60,041 nucleotides of DNA from Akkermansia muciniphila (GTDB lineage Bacteria; Verrucomicrobiota; Verrucomicrobiia; Limisphaerales; UBA1100): the NCBI GenBank assembly GCA_945903605.1, contig CAMDOH010000006.1, forward strand, positions 1-60,041. The letters are read 5' to 3'. The stretch's first letter is position 1. The number at the start of each line of letters is the position of its first letter. The translations under genes were made by a program, and so were the position numbers. This document shows positions 19,766-29,936 of this stretch, one piece after another. The notes beneath the pieces are model-generated. The model was not told the DNA's origin and made no database searches. It worked only from the letters and a program-made list of their open reading frames with translations.

Positions 19766-20830
19766 CTATTTCTTCTCTACAATCCAAACGTTCCTGAACT
19801 GAAGTGGATTGCCGTGGCCTTGCAGCTTGATGGGGCCGGGCGTGCCTTCTGGCTCCGAACGCGCACCGCCAGTCACGCCGCTGATGCTGAGATCCTGATG
19901 GATGATCACTCCATTGTGCTTGAGCGTCATCACTGGATTCTTGATCTTTTTGCCCGACTCATCCAGCACGGCATTGGTAAAGTCCACATCATAAGTCTGC
20001 CAAACGAGCGGAGGCAGGCACATGTTCACTTTCGGTTCTGCTTTAGTGTACACACCGCCGCACTCATTGTTTTTTCCGTCGAGCCCGAATGAATCGAGAA
20101 TCTGCACCTCGTAATGATCCACTTGATAGAACCCCGAATTTCCTCGTCCCTGTCCGCGACCTTCGGGCCTGTATGGAAGCAAGAATTCCATGTGCATGGT
20201 GTAGTTGCTGAATTTCTTTGCCGTGACGATGTCTGCGCCGTCGGTGTTGAGCAGCTTGCTTTTTGCGTCCAGTCTCCCGCCTTTCCATGCTTCCTTATTG
20301 GCGCCATCAAACAAGACCGTTGCCCCAGCGGGAGGCATCGCGCCCATCGACGGGCTGACACGCACTTTTTTCTTCAACGAAAATGCCGCCCCTCCTTCAA
20401 TCTGTCCGCTGAAAACATCCTCGCTGATTGTTCCGCTGGCTGGCTTGTGGCCGTCGGACGGATACTTGCTCGTCGCGCTGAACTCCTCGGCTTTTTGCGC
20501 GAGATATTTACGCGCCCCTGTCGCCGGCTCAAACACCGCTTTATTTCCTACCAGTTTGCCGCTGAGTAGAATCTTGCTCTTGCCATCCCAGCCCGCGCCG
20601 GGCAATCCGCCGGGCAGAATCACAGCTTGAAAAAAGCCTCCGTTCAACGCGATGACCTGAGCGCCTAATTTGTCGCCGGCATATTCACCTTGAATGGCGA
20701 AATCGATCGGAATCGTGGAGTCGGTCGCGTCGGTCCAGACGACCTTCGCGCCAGCAGGCGCTGCGCTGGCAATTGAGGCACCAAGACAGACCGAAGCAAA
20801 TCCGGCCATGGAATGGATAATATTACGCAT
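19766..20830 (-). CDS. Secreted DUF1080 (3-keto-glycoside hydrolase/eliminase-like) protein
   Basis: Signal peptide; GNSG, YEVQILDS, WQTYDV, GPIKLQGHGNPLQFRNVWI. Confidence 0.88.
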   Translation of the reverse strand: MRNIIHSMAGFASVCLGASIASAAPAGAKVVWTDATDSTIPIDFAIQGEYAGDKLGAQVIALNGGFFQAVILPGGLPGAGWDGKSKILLSGKLVGNKAVFEPATGARKYLAQKAEEFSATSKYPSDGHKPASGTISEDVFSGQIEGGAAFSLKKKVRVSPSMGAMPPAGATVLFDGANKEAWKGGRLDAKSKLLNTDGADIVTAKKFSNYTMHMEFLLPYRPEGRGQGRGNSGFYQVDHYEVQILDSFGLDGKNNECGGVYTKAEPKVNMCLPPLVWQTYDVDFTNAVLDESGKKIKNPVMTLKHNGVIIHQDLSISGVTGGARSEPEGTPGPIKLQGHGNPLQFRNVWIVEKK

Positions 20831-20967
20831 GTTATTTCTTATTGTGGTTGCGGCGCAATCATACCGTCGCATTTCACTCCTGCAACCAAAACAACAGCAC
20901 CCATCCATTCCAGCCGATGCGACCAAGTGCGCTTGCCTCGCGTAATTGGCCACGTCATGGTTTGCAC

Positions 20968-22131
20968 ATGCAATTGACGAATGCGCGCCTAATTTTGCCC
21001 GATGTCATCCGCGAAGGCTCACTCACATTGCGCGAAGGGCGCATCGCCAACGTCGGCCGTGCCCATCCAAAAGCCCGTGGCAAAGAGCGATTGGATTTGA
21101 AAGGGGGATTTCTCGCGCCGGGATTTATCGACCTTCATATCCACGGCGCCGTCGGCCATGACACGATGGAGGCCACTCCCGAGGCATTCAAGGCCATCAC
21201 CGATTTTCATCTTCGCGGCGGCACCACATCGCTCACGCTCACCACACTCACAGCTCCGCACGCCGACATCATGCGAACGCTCGAAGCCATCAAGCCGATG
21301 CACAACCGTTCGCTCGGCGGTTCGCGCATCATTGGCGTGCATGTTGAAGGCCCGTATATTTCGCCGCTGCGCGTCGGCGCGCAAAATCCGAAATACGTTC
21401 GCCCGCCGAACAACCCCTCCGAATGGCGACAGATATTGCGTTACGGAAAATTGGTGACGCAAATGACCATCGCACCCGAAGAAGAGGGCGCGCTCGCACT
21501 GATCAAGGCGTTGAAACGAAATGGCACCATCGCATCCGGCGGCCACACAGATGCGAATCACGAACAGCTCATCCCAGCGCTGAAGGCCGGTCTCAATCAG
21601 GCCACACACACGTTCAACCAGATGAGCACCATCACCAAGCGCGGCCCTTATCGCTGGGCGGGGATGATCGAATTCTCGCTCGCACAAGATGAAATTCTTT
21701 GCGAGCTGATCTGCGACGGCAAACACGTGCCGCCCATCATCATGAAAATGTTGTTCAATGCGAAGGGGCGCGATGGCGTCTGCCTGGTTTCTGATGCGAC
21801 GAAAGGAGCGGGGCTGCCTGTCGGCACCGAATTCGAATTGTTCGGCATGACCGCGCGATCTACCCAGCACACTGCCGAACTTGTCGATGGATCCGGCCTT
21901 GCTGGGAGCACGCTCACGATGATCCGCTCCGTGAAGACGGCTGTGGAAATGGGCGGGCAGTTGCTTGTGGATGCCGTGCGAATGGCCTCGCTGAATCCAG
22001 CTCGCCAACTGCGGCGCGAAAAAGAATTCGGCTCGATTGAGTCGGGAAAACGCGCCGACCTCGTGTGGTTCGATGAGAAGTTTCGCGTGCGCGGCGTGTG
22101 GCTCGATGGCGAACAGCGTTTCCTAGCCTGA
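20968..22131 (+). CDS. nagA: N-acetylglucosamine-6-phosphate deacetylase
   Basis: PGFIDLHIHG, HVEGP, GHT, THTFN, VSDA, LAGS, GKRADLV. Confidence 0.92.
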   Translation: MQLTNARLILPDVIREGSLTLREGRIANVGRAHPKARGKERLDLKGGFLAPGFIDLHIHGAVGHDTMEATPEAFKAITDFHLRGGTTSLTLTTLTAPHADIMRTLEAIKPMHNRSLGGSRIIGVHVEGPYISPLRVGAQNPKYVRPPNNPSEWRQILRYGKLVTQMTIAPEEEGALALIKALKRNGTIASGGHTDANHEQLIPALKAGLNQATHTFNQMSTITKRGPYRWAGMIEFSLAQDEILCELICDGKHVPPIIMKMLFNAKGRDGVCLVSDATKGAGLPVGTEFELFGMTARSTQHTAELVDGSGLAGSTLTMIRSVKTAVEMGGQLLVDAVRMASLNPARQLRREKEFGSIESGKRADLVWFDEKFRVRGVWLDGEQRFLA

Positions 22132-23031
22132 TCCATTCCTCTCGCCAAGCGCCTCTTCAATCGCCGCGTTAATCCCGGGAAATCGAAATTGAAATCCCGA
22201 CTCCAGCAGTTTTGTGGGCACGACGCGCTGACTGGCACAGAGTACGTCTTTGACAATCGAGCCGTAGAGCAAGCTCAATAGAAGCGGCGGCGCTGGAAGA
22301 ATGGCTGGTCTGTGGACAGCTTTCGCAATGGCGCGTGTGATTTCTGCATTCGTTGCTGGTTCTGGCGAGACGACATTGACTGCGCCGGAAATATCTTCCC
22401 ACCGCAACACGTGGAGAATTGCCGAAATGGCGTCCACCAAAGAAATCCATGTCCAATACTGTCTCCCCCTCCCAACATTGCCGCCGAGCCCCATTCGGAA
22501 CCACGGAAGCAGTCTCTGTAAAAATGCGCCTTGAGATGTGAGCATTGCGCCAAACCGCAAGTGAACTGTGCGAATGCCTGCGCGTGATGCGGAAACTGAA
22601 GCGCTCTCCCACGCACTACAAACTTCCGCAAGAAAGCCTTTTCCGGTCACGCTGTTCTCATCCAGAATTTCTCCGGGACGATGGCCGTAAATGCCCGTGG
22701 CAGACGCAGCAAGAAATACTCGCGGAGGATTCGGTAGTGTCGCGAGTTTCTCGCAAAGTAATCGGGTGGATTCAACGCGGCTGGAACGGATGCGCCGCAT
22801 CTTGTCCTTGGTCCAGCGTCCGTCTCCGATGTTCTCGCCGCACAGATGGATCACCGCATCGCAATCGTTGAGATGGTGGACGTCCAAGTCTCGTTGTTCC
22901 GGATTCCACAGTATTGAATTGGGCACGCCTGTTTGACGAACGAGCCGCACGACATCGTGACCCTCAGCCAGCAAGCGCTGCATCAATTGCGAGCCGATCA
23001 AACCGCTGGAGCCGCTGACGAGAATTCTCAT
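22123..23031 (-). CDS. TIGR01777/YfcH-like NAD-dependent epimerase family protein
   Basis: SGSSGLIG, GENIGDGRW, SRVEST, FLAEVCSAWE, GFQFRFP. Confidence 0.9.
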   Translation of the reverse strand: MRILVSGSSGLIGSQLMQRLLAEGHDVVRLVRQTGVPNSILWNPEQRDLDVHHLNDCDAVIHLCGENIGDGRWTKDKMRRIRSSRVESTRLLCEKLATLPNPPRVFLAASATGIYGHRPGEILDENSVTGKGFLAEVCSAWESASVSASRAGIRTVHLRFGAMLTSQGAFLQRLLPWFRMGLGGNVGRGRQYWTWISLVDAISAILHVLRWEDISGAVNVVSPEPATNAEITRAIAKAVHRPAILPAPPLLLSLLYGSIVKDVLCASQRVVPTKLLESGFQFRFPGINAAIEEALGERNGSG

Positions 23032-23034
23032 GAT

Positions 23035-23110
23035 TGGTACTCCCGCCCGGAATTGAACCGGGATAGGCGGTTTAGGAAACCACTGCTCTATCCAATTGAG
23101 CTACGGGAGC
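23035..23110 (-). tRNA. tRNA-Arg (anticodon CCT), CCA encoded
   Basis: Reverse complement GCTCCCGTAGCTCAATTGGATAGAGCAGTGGTTTCCTAAACCGCCTATCCCGGTTCAATTCCGGGCGGGAGTACCA folds as a cloverleaf. Confidence 0.96.
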
Positions 23111-23164
23111 GAGGCGTGAGCAATGATGAGTGAACGGGCCGTTTTAGAAAGCCGAAATTAGGAT

Positions 23165-24388
23165 TCATGGTTTGCGGACATCGATGCAAACCAGATCGCC
23201 CGCAGCATTGCGGCAATAAATTCGGCCGTTGGCAATGACTGGCGCAGTCCAGCAACGACCACCGATGACCTGGCTGCTGGCCAGTTGTTCGTATTTCTCC
23301 GATGAAGCTTTTGCGATGGCGAGTGTGCCGATTTCTCCAAGCAAGATCAGCCGGCCATCTGCAGCCATCAATGAGCCGCAGCGCAAACCCGCTTGGCGCC
23401 AGCGGACTTTCCCAGAATCGAGTTCCATGCAAACCAGCTCTCTGGCGCCAGCCATGTGGGTGTTGCCATCAAACCCATAAATAAACCCGTTGATGACCAC
23501 GGACCCGTTCATGTGATTGCTCAGTTCCCGATGCGTGTAAATCTGCCGGAGTTTACCAGAGGCCAATTCGAATAACGCGCAGCCGCGTTTGTAACCGGTG
23601 GAAATAAAGATTCGGTTCCCCAAAACAATCGGCGTGCACGCATTTGTCTCGTAGGAAGTTTTCCATTCCGTGAAAGCAACGGTCTTGCCCGATTCTGCAT
23701 CGAGAATCACCAGGCCCTCGGTTTTGACAATGGCCAACAACGTGCGCCCATCATGTACAAATGGAACAGGCGAACCGTACGCAGGTTTATACTCCGCACT
23801 TCGCCATAGTTCTTTTCCATCGGATTTGTTGAGTGCAAATGTCCGGCCTGCTTCCACGATCAACTGCTTGCCCAAAATCAAAGGCGAACCTGAAAAACCC
23901 CATTCGGGCGGACTGCCCATTCCAGAATGTTTTAGCAGATCAAATACCCAATCGCGCTTTCCTGTCCGCAAGTCGTAACAACGGAGGTTTCCGTCTTTGC
24001 TGAGCGTGTACACTTTGCCGCCGCTGATGGTGGGCGTCGATGCCGGACCTCCTTCATGAAGATTTGGCAACAGCTCGGCTTGATAACTGTCCGACCATCG
24101 GGTCCGTCCGGTCGCAGAATCCAAACAAGAAACCGTCTCATTGCCTCCCTTGGATTTTCCGTCATGGCCCATGATCAACACGTTGTCGCCCGCCACCGAA
24201 CAACTCGAAAAACCGATCCCCACTTTTGCGCGCCAAGCCACCTTCTCCAAACTGAGCTGCCAGCCGGATTCCGCAGAGATTCCGTTGTGGTTTGGCCCGC
24301 GCCAATTCGGCCAATCTTCAGCCGAACTCATCCCCAAAACGAATACGAAAACGATGGCGCAGAGACGATGACCGTCGGCAATTCTCAT
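23165..24388 (-). CDS. Secreted PQQ-like/BamB-like beta-propeller repeat protein (PVC type)
   Basis: Signal peptide, DWPNWRGP, repeated LD..TG...W blades, WTAPVIANGRIYCR. Confidence 0.88.
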   Translation of the reverse strand: MRIADGHRLCAIVFVFVLGMSSAEDWPNWRGPNHNGISAESGWQLSLEKVAWRAKVGIGFSSCSVAGDNVLIMGHDGKSKGGNETVSCLDSATGRTRWSDSYQAELLPNLHEGGPASTPTISGGKVYTLSKDGNLRCYDLRTGKRDWVFDLLKHSGMGSPPEWGFSGSPLILGKQLIVEAGRTFALNKSDGKELWRSAEYKPAYGSPVPFVHDGRTLLAIVKTEGLVILDAESGKTVAFTEWKTSYETNACTPIVLGNRIFISTGYKRGCALFELASGKLRQIYTHRELSNHMNGSVVINGFIYGFDGNTHMAGARELVCMELDSGKVRWRQAGLRCGSLMAADGRLILLGEIGTLAIAKASSEKYEQLASSQVIGGRCWTAPVIANGRIYCRNAAGDLVCIDVRKP

Positions 24389-24700
24389 GCAGCAATGATG
24401 GCTGTCGCCCCATCATAAACAAGCCAACTCACTCAACTCACATCCTTGCCAGCAATGTCAATAATGTGGCAACAAATCGAAAAATCAATTGGGCAATACA
24501 GTTTACCATCTGTCTCACAGTGTGTTATGAATTCTTATTGTTGAGTGGCGCACTGCGGATAACCTTCCAAGATTCTACGTGAATGGCTGGATAACCCATT
24601 GTTGCTAAATCGTTGATTTGCCATTTTTTGAATGCTGGTTTTTTCAATCCTTACGAGCTTTTCTGACTGTAAGTTGGGTTGTGCCCGAATTTGAGGAGTC

Positions 24701-25298
24701 ATGTCTAATCATCCAAAGATTTTTCTGAGCCGCGAACTGGAGCAAGCCGGCGTGAATGTCTCCTTCGGCTTGGTCGGATTCAAGATTCACGCAAAACTCT
24801 GCCTGATTGTGCGGCAGGAAGACGATCGCATCCGGCACTATCTCCATCTGAGCACCGGCAATTACAATCCCACCACGGCCCGCACATGCACCGACTACAG
24901 CCTGCTCACGACCCATCCTGAACTCGCTGAAGACGCAGCCGCGCTGTTCAACCAACTCACGGGATTTTGCCAATTCCAGAAAATGCGCAAGCTCATCGTC
25001 GCCCCATTCGAATATCACCAGCGAGTGATTGATCTGATTCGCACAGAAACCAAAACGCACGCGACGGGAAACCCGCGCGTATCACAGCCTTCTGCCCGAT
25101 GGCAGCTATGAATTGTCTGCGCTCAAAGCGGGTGAAAAGCCTGTGAACGCCCAACAGGATTTCATGAAGATCGCGCTCCAGCCGCCCAATAGAAAATCGG
25201 CTCCTTCGAACAAGCACCGCACGGCGCGCCGCCGCACATCTGCTTCCAGTTTAGTCAGGATTGCGCGCGCTCCCGAGCCAGCCATGCCGCACCAGTAA
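24701..25298 (+). pseudogene. ppk1: Polyphosphate kinase (PPK1) remnant with internal deletions and frameshifts
   Basis: GAGGAG RBS plus MSNHPKIFLSREL joined directly to (REL)EQAGV..KIHAKLCLIVR..HLSTGNYN; KNARDGKPARITA is restored only by a frame change; LLPDGSYE..GE..NAQQDFM (PPK1 C-terminus) lies in a third frame. Confidence 0.8.
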
Positions 25299-26235
25299 TT
25301 CCGGCTACATCTGCGAGCTTGCTGGTCGTGATGCGAACCCTTTTCATGTTGCTGGGCAACACTCGGTCTCCCGCGCGCTCCAGAATGATCGGCATCAAGT
25401 GCTTTTTCAGCGCGCCGACAACGCCGCCACCTAGCACCACCTGTTCAGGCGCAAGAATGGAAATGACATTGCCCACCGCAATGGAAATTATTCTCGCCGC
25501 CTCACGCACCGTTTTAATCGCGAGCTTGTCGCCCTTCATTAAAGCCTCCTCAATATGATGGCTGCCGATCCCGTTCTTTTTATCTCCAAGTATTTTTCCA
25601 AGCGATGTTTTGACTCCAGCTTTGTGCGCAGCACGAAGGGTTCGCTCCAAGGCTCGACGACCGGCGAGTGATTCAAAACTACCCACGAACGGGTTGTCTT
25701 TATCCAGCAAATCCTCATTCAAAACCATGTGCCCAAATTCTCCTGCGGAGAAATTGCGCCCTCGATGAAGCTGGCCGTTGATAATAATCCCACCGCCGAT
25801 TCCTGTGCCAACAAAGATGCCCACCATGTGCTGCGGCTTGGCGCGAAGCTCGACATGATAAACGCCGAGCGTGGCCAGATTACAATCGTTGTCCACACAG
25901 ACAGGCAGGCCGAGTCGCCGTTTCATTTCACTCGCCAGTGGAACCGACCCCCATCCCAAGTTGGTCGCATCTTTGACGACTCCCTTATCCATGTCCACCG
26001 TTCCCGGCGCACCAATGGCTACACCAACCACCGTGCACCGATCCACTTGGGACAACTCGATCGCTTCCTCAATCGTCGCCGCCATTCGATCCATCACTGC
26101 CTTACATCCGCTCTTTGCCTTTGTCTTGTGCTTGGCCGTCGCCTTAAGTTTGAGCGTTGAATTGAAGACGCCAGCGAGGATCTTTGTTCCGCCCAGATCC
26201 ACGCCGATATAATGAGCTTCCTCATTCGCTCTCAT
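25255..26235 (-). CDS. ROK family sugar kinase (glucokinase-like)
   Basis: GVDLGGTK, GAPG, DNDCN, VGTGIGGG, GEFGH, LGGG. Start is uncertain (26235 or 26259). Confidence 0.9.
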   Translation of the reverse strand: MRANEEAHYIGVDLGGTKILAGVFNSTLKLKATAKHKTKAKSGCKAVMDRMAATIEEAIELSQVDRCTVVGVAIGAPGTVDMDKGVVKDATNLGWGSVPLASEMKRRLGLPVCVDNDCNLATLGVYHVELRAKPQHMVGIFVGTGIGGGIIINGQLHRGRNFSAGEFGHMVLNEDLLDKDNPFVGSFESLAGRRALERTLRAAHKAGVKTSLGKILGDKKNGIGSHHIEEALMKGDKLAIKTVREAARIISIAVGNVISILAPEQVVLGGGVVGALKKHLMPIILERAGDRVLPSNMKRVRITTSKLADVAGITGAAWLARERAQS

Positions 26236-26318
26236 CTGTTGCGAGAGAATGGAAATCAACCTCTGCGTGGCAATTGAAACTTACTCGATACTCAAACCCA
26301 AGCCTGCCTGCCTGCGAA

Positions 26319-29300
26319 TCATGGCTGCGCAGGCGGCGGCGCGAAGTTGCCGATGGATTTTGCTGCGCCGTCCCAGACACGCAACACGCTGTCCTGTCCT
26401 CCTGCGACCACGATGCTTCCACTTGGCGTCGCCGCAGAGGCGTAAACGAAGTCCGTCGAGCCAGCGTAAGTGCGGACGGTTGATAGGGCGGTTCCCGCCT
26501 TGATTAGTTTCACCTGACTGTCAGCGCCCGTCACGATTGCAGAATCCGTCAGTCCAACAAATTGGATGGACGTGATCTCCTTGCTGAACCCGCCGGTCTT
26601 CGGGCCGCGTTCGCCGGTGACCATGTTCCACGACTTGATCTCGTTGTCCGCACCGCCACTCAAAAGTGTGCGCCCATCGTAACTCCAACCCACCCCGAGC
26701 ACATGATGCGTGTGACCTTCGAATACCTTGGTGACTTTTCCGGTGGCGAGGTCCGTGACCTTCACAAACTTGTCGGACGCCCCCGAGACAAGCACCTGGC
26801 CATTGGCCGAAAATGCCAGACCCAAAACTGCATCGCTATGAACATCCGGCAAATCCTTCACTAGCGCGCCCGTGTTCGCATCCCACAATTTGATCTCGCC
26901 GCCGCGACTCGGCTCGCCGCTGCCCGTGGCAATCCTCAGCCCATCCGGGCTGAAGCGAATCACGTTCACTCGATCGGCAATCTGCGATTTTGCATCACCC
27001 GTTCCCAGTGTGCGCTCCAATTGCCAACCGCGTTGATATCCCCAGAGCACAGCCTTGCGATCGGCGCTGATGATCAAGGCCTGTCCCGGCCCGGCAGCAG
27101 CCACTGATTGAATCGCGCTCTCACCCGTTTTGATGCTTTCCAATAATGTCCCGCTTGAGGAAGCCCACACGTTCAGATGCAGATCGGTTCCGCCTGACAT
27201 CACAAACAAACTGTCCATCGAAAACGCGAGCGTGGCTGAGGGCTTTTCCGCGTCTGTCGCCGCTTTCTTTGCTGCTTCATGAGTTGCCTCAGCCTGCTTT
27301 TGCACCGCCTCGGCGCTGCTCACAGATGTCGTTGCCTGTTTGATTTCCTCATCTGCGCGAAACAGTGCGTTGGTTGACAAAGTGAATTCAGTGACCGCGG
27401 CGACGCGCGGCTGATCGATCTTCTTGAACTCCACATCCGCCGCCTCAACGGCCTTCACCACCACCGCCAATTTATCAGTCGCCACTTTTTCATCCGCAGC
27501 GAGTTTGGTGAGCGCCGCCTTGCTGTCCGTGGCGAGCTTTCGTTTGTCGGCTGCCAATTTGTCGGCATTGGCCAAATCTGTCGTGGCTTTGTCGGCAACT
27601 GGTTTGGCTGCGAGAGCGGCCTTGTCGGAATCCGCAGCGGCTTTGTCAGCGTCGGCCAAGCCCTTCGTTGCAACCGCCACTTCAGCTTTGGCAGCGACCA
27701 GCGCTTTGTCGGCGTCCACTTTTGCCGTTTGCACGGTCACCAATGCTTTTGCTGCAGCATCGACTTTCAACGTTGCTGGTTTCTGTTTCTGATTCACCAG
27801 ATTATCGAACGCAGTCTTTGCATCCGTCGCGGCCTTTCTGGCCACGGCAGCTTCTTGAGCAGCCTTGTCTTTTTCAGCCGCCGGTTTTGCAGCATCGTCC
27901 TTGATCGTTTTGGCCTTGGCTTCACTGGCCTTTGCGGCTGTCTCCGCTGTGTCGGAAATTTGTTTGGCCTTGGCGGTCTCCGTGTTCGCTGCGGTGAGTT
28001 CCTGCTCAGCCGTTTTCATGGCAGCGGCCGCATCCGTCACCGCTTTGTCGGCTGCTGCTGATTTGGTTTCTCCAGTCTTGAGTTTGTTGGCGATGAGGCC
28101 GTCCAACGTCTGCTTCGATGTCGTGGCCAACTGTTTTTTCGTGGTGGCGTCTTTGTCGGCGGCCACTTGATCGGCGATAGGTTTGACAGAAGCGGTCTTG
28201 GAAACTGCGGCGGCGGCTTCGGTTTCCTTGGCCACTTTTTCGGTAACCTCAGACACCTCTGTTGCCTTGGGTGTTTCGCCTTTCAGTTTCGCGACGGCTT
28301 CTTCAGCAATCTTTTTGTCTGCCTCGGCTTTGACGAGCACCGCTTTCTTTTCGGCGATAGGTTCCTTTTCGGCTTTTTCTTTGGCTTCCTTGGCTTTGGC
28401 CAATCGTTCCTGTGTCTTCTTTTGATTGTCCTGTTTGGCCTTGAGATCGCCCTGATGATACGGCACCTCGGACTTGGCAAATGTGAGCAGGCGTTCTTTT
28501 TCTGCAAGTGATTCGCGCGTGGCGTAGCGCCCTTTCAATTCTGCAACGGGCTGGCCATTGGCTGCGTCCCACAATTTGGCAACCCCTGTGTCGCTCGCGG
28601 AAGCGAACCGTTTGCCATCGGGGCTTGCGGCAACAGCGCGAACGGGTGCGCCCTGCGCCATTTGTCGGATCACAGTTCCCTTCTCGACATCCCAGTGACG
28701 CACGGAGGCGTCAGCACTGCCGGAGAGCATTTGCAATCCGCCTGTCAATGCGGCGAGCGAAGTGATCGGGCCGGTGTGTCCCTTGATTTCGCGCGGAGCG
28801 GCAAACGGGCCATTGGCCGCCTCGGGCAATTTCCAAATGCGAATCTGATTGTCGGCATGTCCGGTGGCCAGTTGCTTGCCAGCACTCACCCAAATGAGAG
28901 CCGTGAAATTGGTGGAGGCATTGTTGGTGGATGCAAATGGAGTTCCGTCTGCAGCATTCCAAAGTCTCAGGCTGTTGTCTTGCGATGTGCTGGCCAGCCG
29001 CGTGCTGTCTGGAGAAAATTGGAGCGCGTTGACCGGGCCTGTGTGCCCAGCGATGTTTTTGACCGGCTTCATCGCTGGCAGCTCGTAAAGTCCGATCGCG
29101 TTTCCATCGAGAGCCAAGGCCAGTCGTTTCCCGTCGGGACTGATTACCGCGCCGGGTTGAATCACGACATTGGCCAACGTGCCTGCGGCCGTTGCCGGCT
29201 GACGTTTCCAGATTTTCACTTCGCGATAACCGCCGGAAGCAAGCCTGTCACCTGCGGGATTGAATGCGAGCGAGTGGACCAAATCGCGATGCGCCACTCC

Positions 29301-29909
29301 AAGTTTGCCGTAAATGCCGGCCTTCACAAGCACGGGGTCGGTGAGGCGTTCCACGAGTTGATCTGTGGGGAGATGATAAAGAAAAATCTGATTGGCTCTG
29401 CCCGCAGCGGCGAATTGGCCGTCGCCTGTCACAGAAACGGAATAGATGGGATTCAGGCCCGGAGGCAACGGCTGCCACTCGATTGGCTTGGCCTCGCGCA
29501 TGATGCCTTTGGCACCTTGATTGATCCATAGTTTGACCAATCCCAGTTCCTGCGGTGTGAGCGGCTTCGCTGAAACCTTGTTGTCCGGCGGCGGCATCGA
29601 CGGATCCGACCGGTGGGTGGCAAGTTTGAAGAGGTAACTTTTATCGGCGTCGCCGGGGACGACCACCTTGCCGGATTCGCCGCCCTTGAGTATGTCCTGC
29701 GGCGTCTCAAGAATGAGTTCGCCCTTGGGCTTGGTGCGATTGTGGCAGGCCAGACAGTTGCTGCGGAACACCGGCAGAACTTCGTTCTGAAAATCAACAG
29801 GTGTGGCACGCTTGATTTCCGCCACTTGTAGGACGGGCTTTTTGGCATCCGCCGCGCTGACCGCAAACGCACCCGCCAACAGGCAATAGATGGGGAATGA
29901 TGTTTTCAT
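26319..29909 (-). CDS. Secreted planctomycete-type cytochrome c domain + WD40 propellers interrupted by a long Ala/Lys coiled coil
   Basis: Signal peptide; VDF..EVLP..CLACH..MPP..WI.QGA; many GH..FSPD..WD/WN repeats; ~420 aa A/K/E/D/T-rich helix. Confidence 0.88.
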   Translation of the reverse strand: MKTSFPIYCLLAGAFAVSAADAKKPVLQVAEIKRATPVDFQNEVLPVFRSNCLACHNRTKPKGELILETPQDILKGGESGKVVVPGDADKSYLFKLATHRSDPSMPPPDNKVSAKPLTPQELGLVKLWINQGAKGIMREAKPIEWQPLPPGLNPIYSVSVTGDGQFAAAGRANQIFLYHLPTDQLVERLTDPVLVKAGIYGKLGVAHRDLVHSLAFNPAGDRLASGGYREVKIWKRQPATAAGTLANVVIQPGAVISPDGKRLALALDGNAIGLYELPAMKPVKNIAGHTGPVNALQFSPDSTRLASTSQDNSLRLWNAADGTPFASTNNASTNFTALIWVSAGKQLATGHADNQIRIWKLPEAANGPFAAPREIKGHTGPITSLAALTGGLQMLSGSADASVRHWDVEKGTVIRQMAQGAPVRAVAASPDGKRFASASDTGVAKLWDAANGQPVAELKGRYATRESLAEKERLLTFAKSEVPYHQGDLKAKQDNQKKTQERLAKAKEAKEKAEKEPIAEKKAVLVKAEADKKIAEEAVAKLKGETPKATEVSEVTEKVAKETEAAAAVSKTASVKPIADQVAADKDATTKKQLATTSKQTLDGLIANKLKTGETKSAAADKAVTDAAAAMKTAEQELTAANTETAKAKQISDTAETAAKASEAKAKTIKDDAAKPAAEKDKAAQEAAVARKAATDAKTAFDNLVNQKQKPATLKVDAAAKALVTVQTAKVDADKALVAAKAEVAVATKGLADADKAAADSDKAALAAKPVADKATTDLANADKLAADKRKLATDSKAALTKLAADEKVATDKLAVVVKAVEAADVEFKKIDQPRVAAVTEFTLSTNALFRADEEIKQATTSVSSAEAVQKQAEATHEAAKKAATDAEKPSATLAFSMDSLFVMSGGTDLHLNVWASSSGTLLESIKTGESAIQSVAAAGPGQALIISADRKAVLWGYQRGWQLERTLGTGDAKSQIADRVNVIRFSPDGLRIATGSGEPSRGGEIKLWDANTGALVKDLPDVHSDAVLGLAFSANGQVLVSGASDKFVKVTDLATGKVTKVFEGHTHHVLGVGWSYDGRTLLSGGADNEIKSWNMVTGERGPKTGGFSKEITSIQFVGLTDSAIVTGADSQVKLIKAGTALSTVRTYAGSTDFVYASAATPSGSIVVAGGQDSVLRVWDGAAKSIGNFAPPPAQP
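27260..28530 (-). repeat. Low-complexity Ala/Lys-rich coiled-coil coding region (boundaries approximate)
   Basis: Heptad-like AKxAxEKA/ADKA runs; internal repeat TSKQTLDGLIANKLK vs DAKTAFDNLVNQKQK. Confidence 0.7.
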
Positions 29910-29936
29910 TATTTCGATTTTTAAATTATCCACGCT

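Noticed and set aside
23035-23110. tRNA-Arg as an island integration site
   Set aside because: No integrase and no duplicated tRNA 3' end found in the window.
24456-24477. TGTCAAT/TGGCAAC 11-bp-spaced repeat as a Pho box upstream of ppk1
   Set aside because: Degenerate match in AT-rich DNA, far from the start; not distinguishable from chance.
24292-24582. 96 aa ORF extending into the AT-rich spacer
   Set aside because: Overlaps the PQQ-like gene on the opposite strand and has no RBS or motif; the region is more likely promoter DNA.
27260-28530. Repetitive DNA as a CRISPR or tandem array
   Set aside because: No exact nucleotide repeat unit; it is low-complexity protein coding.
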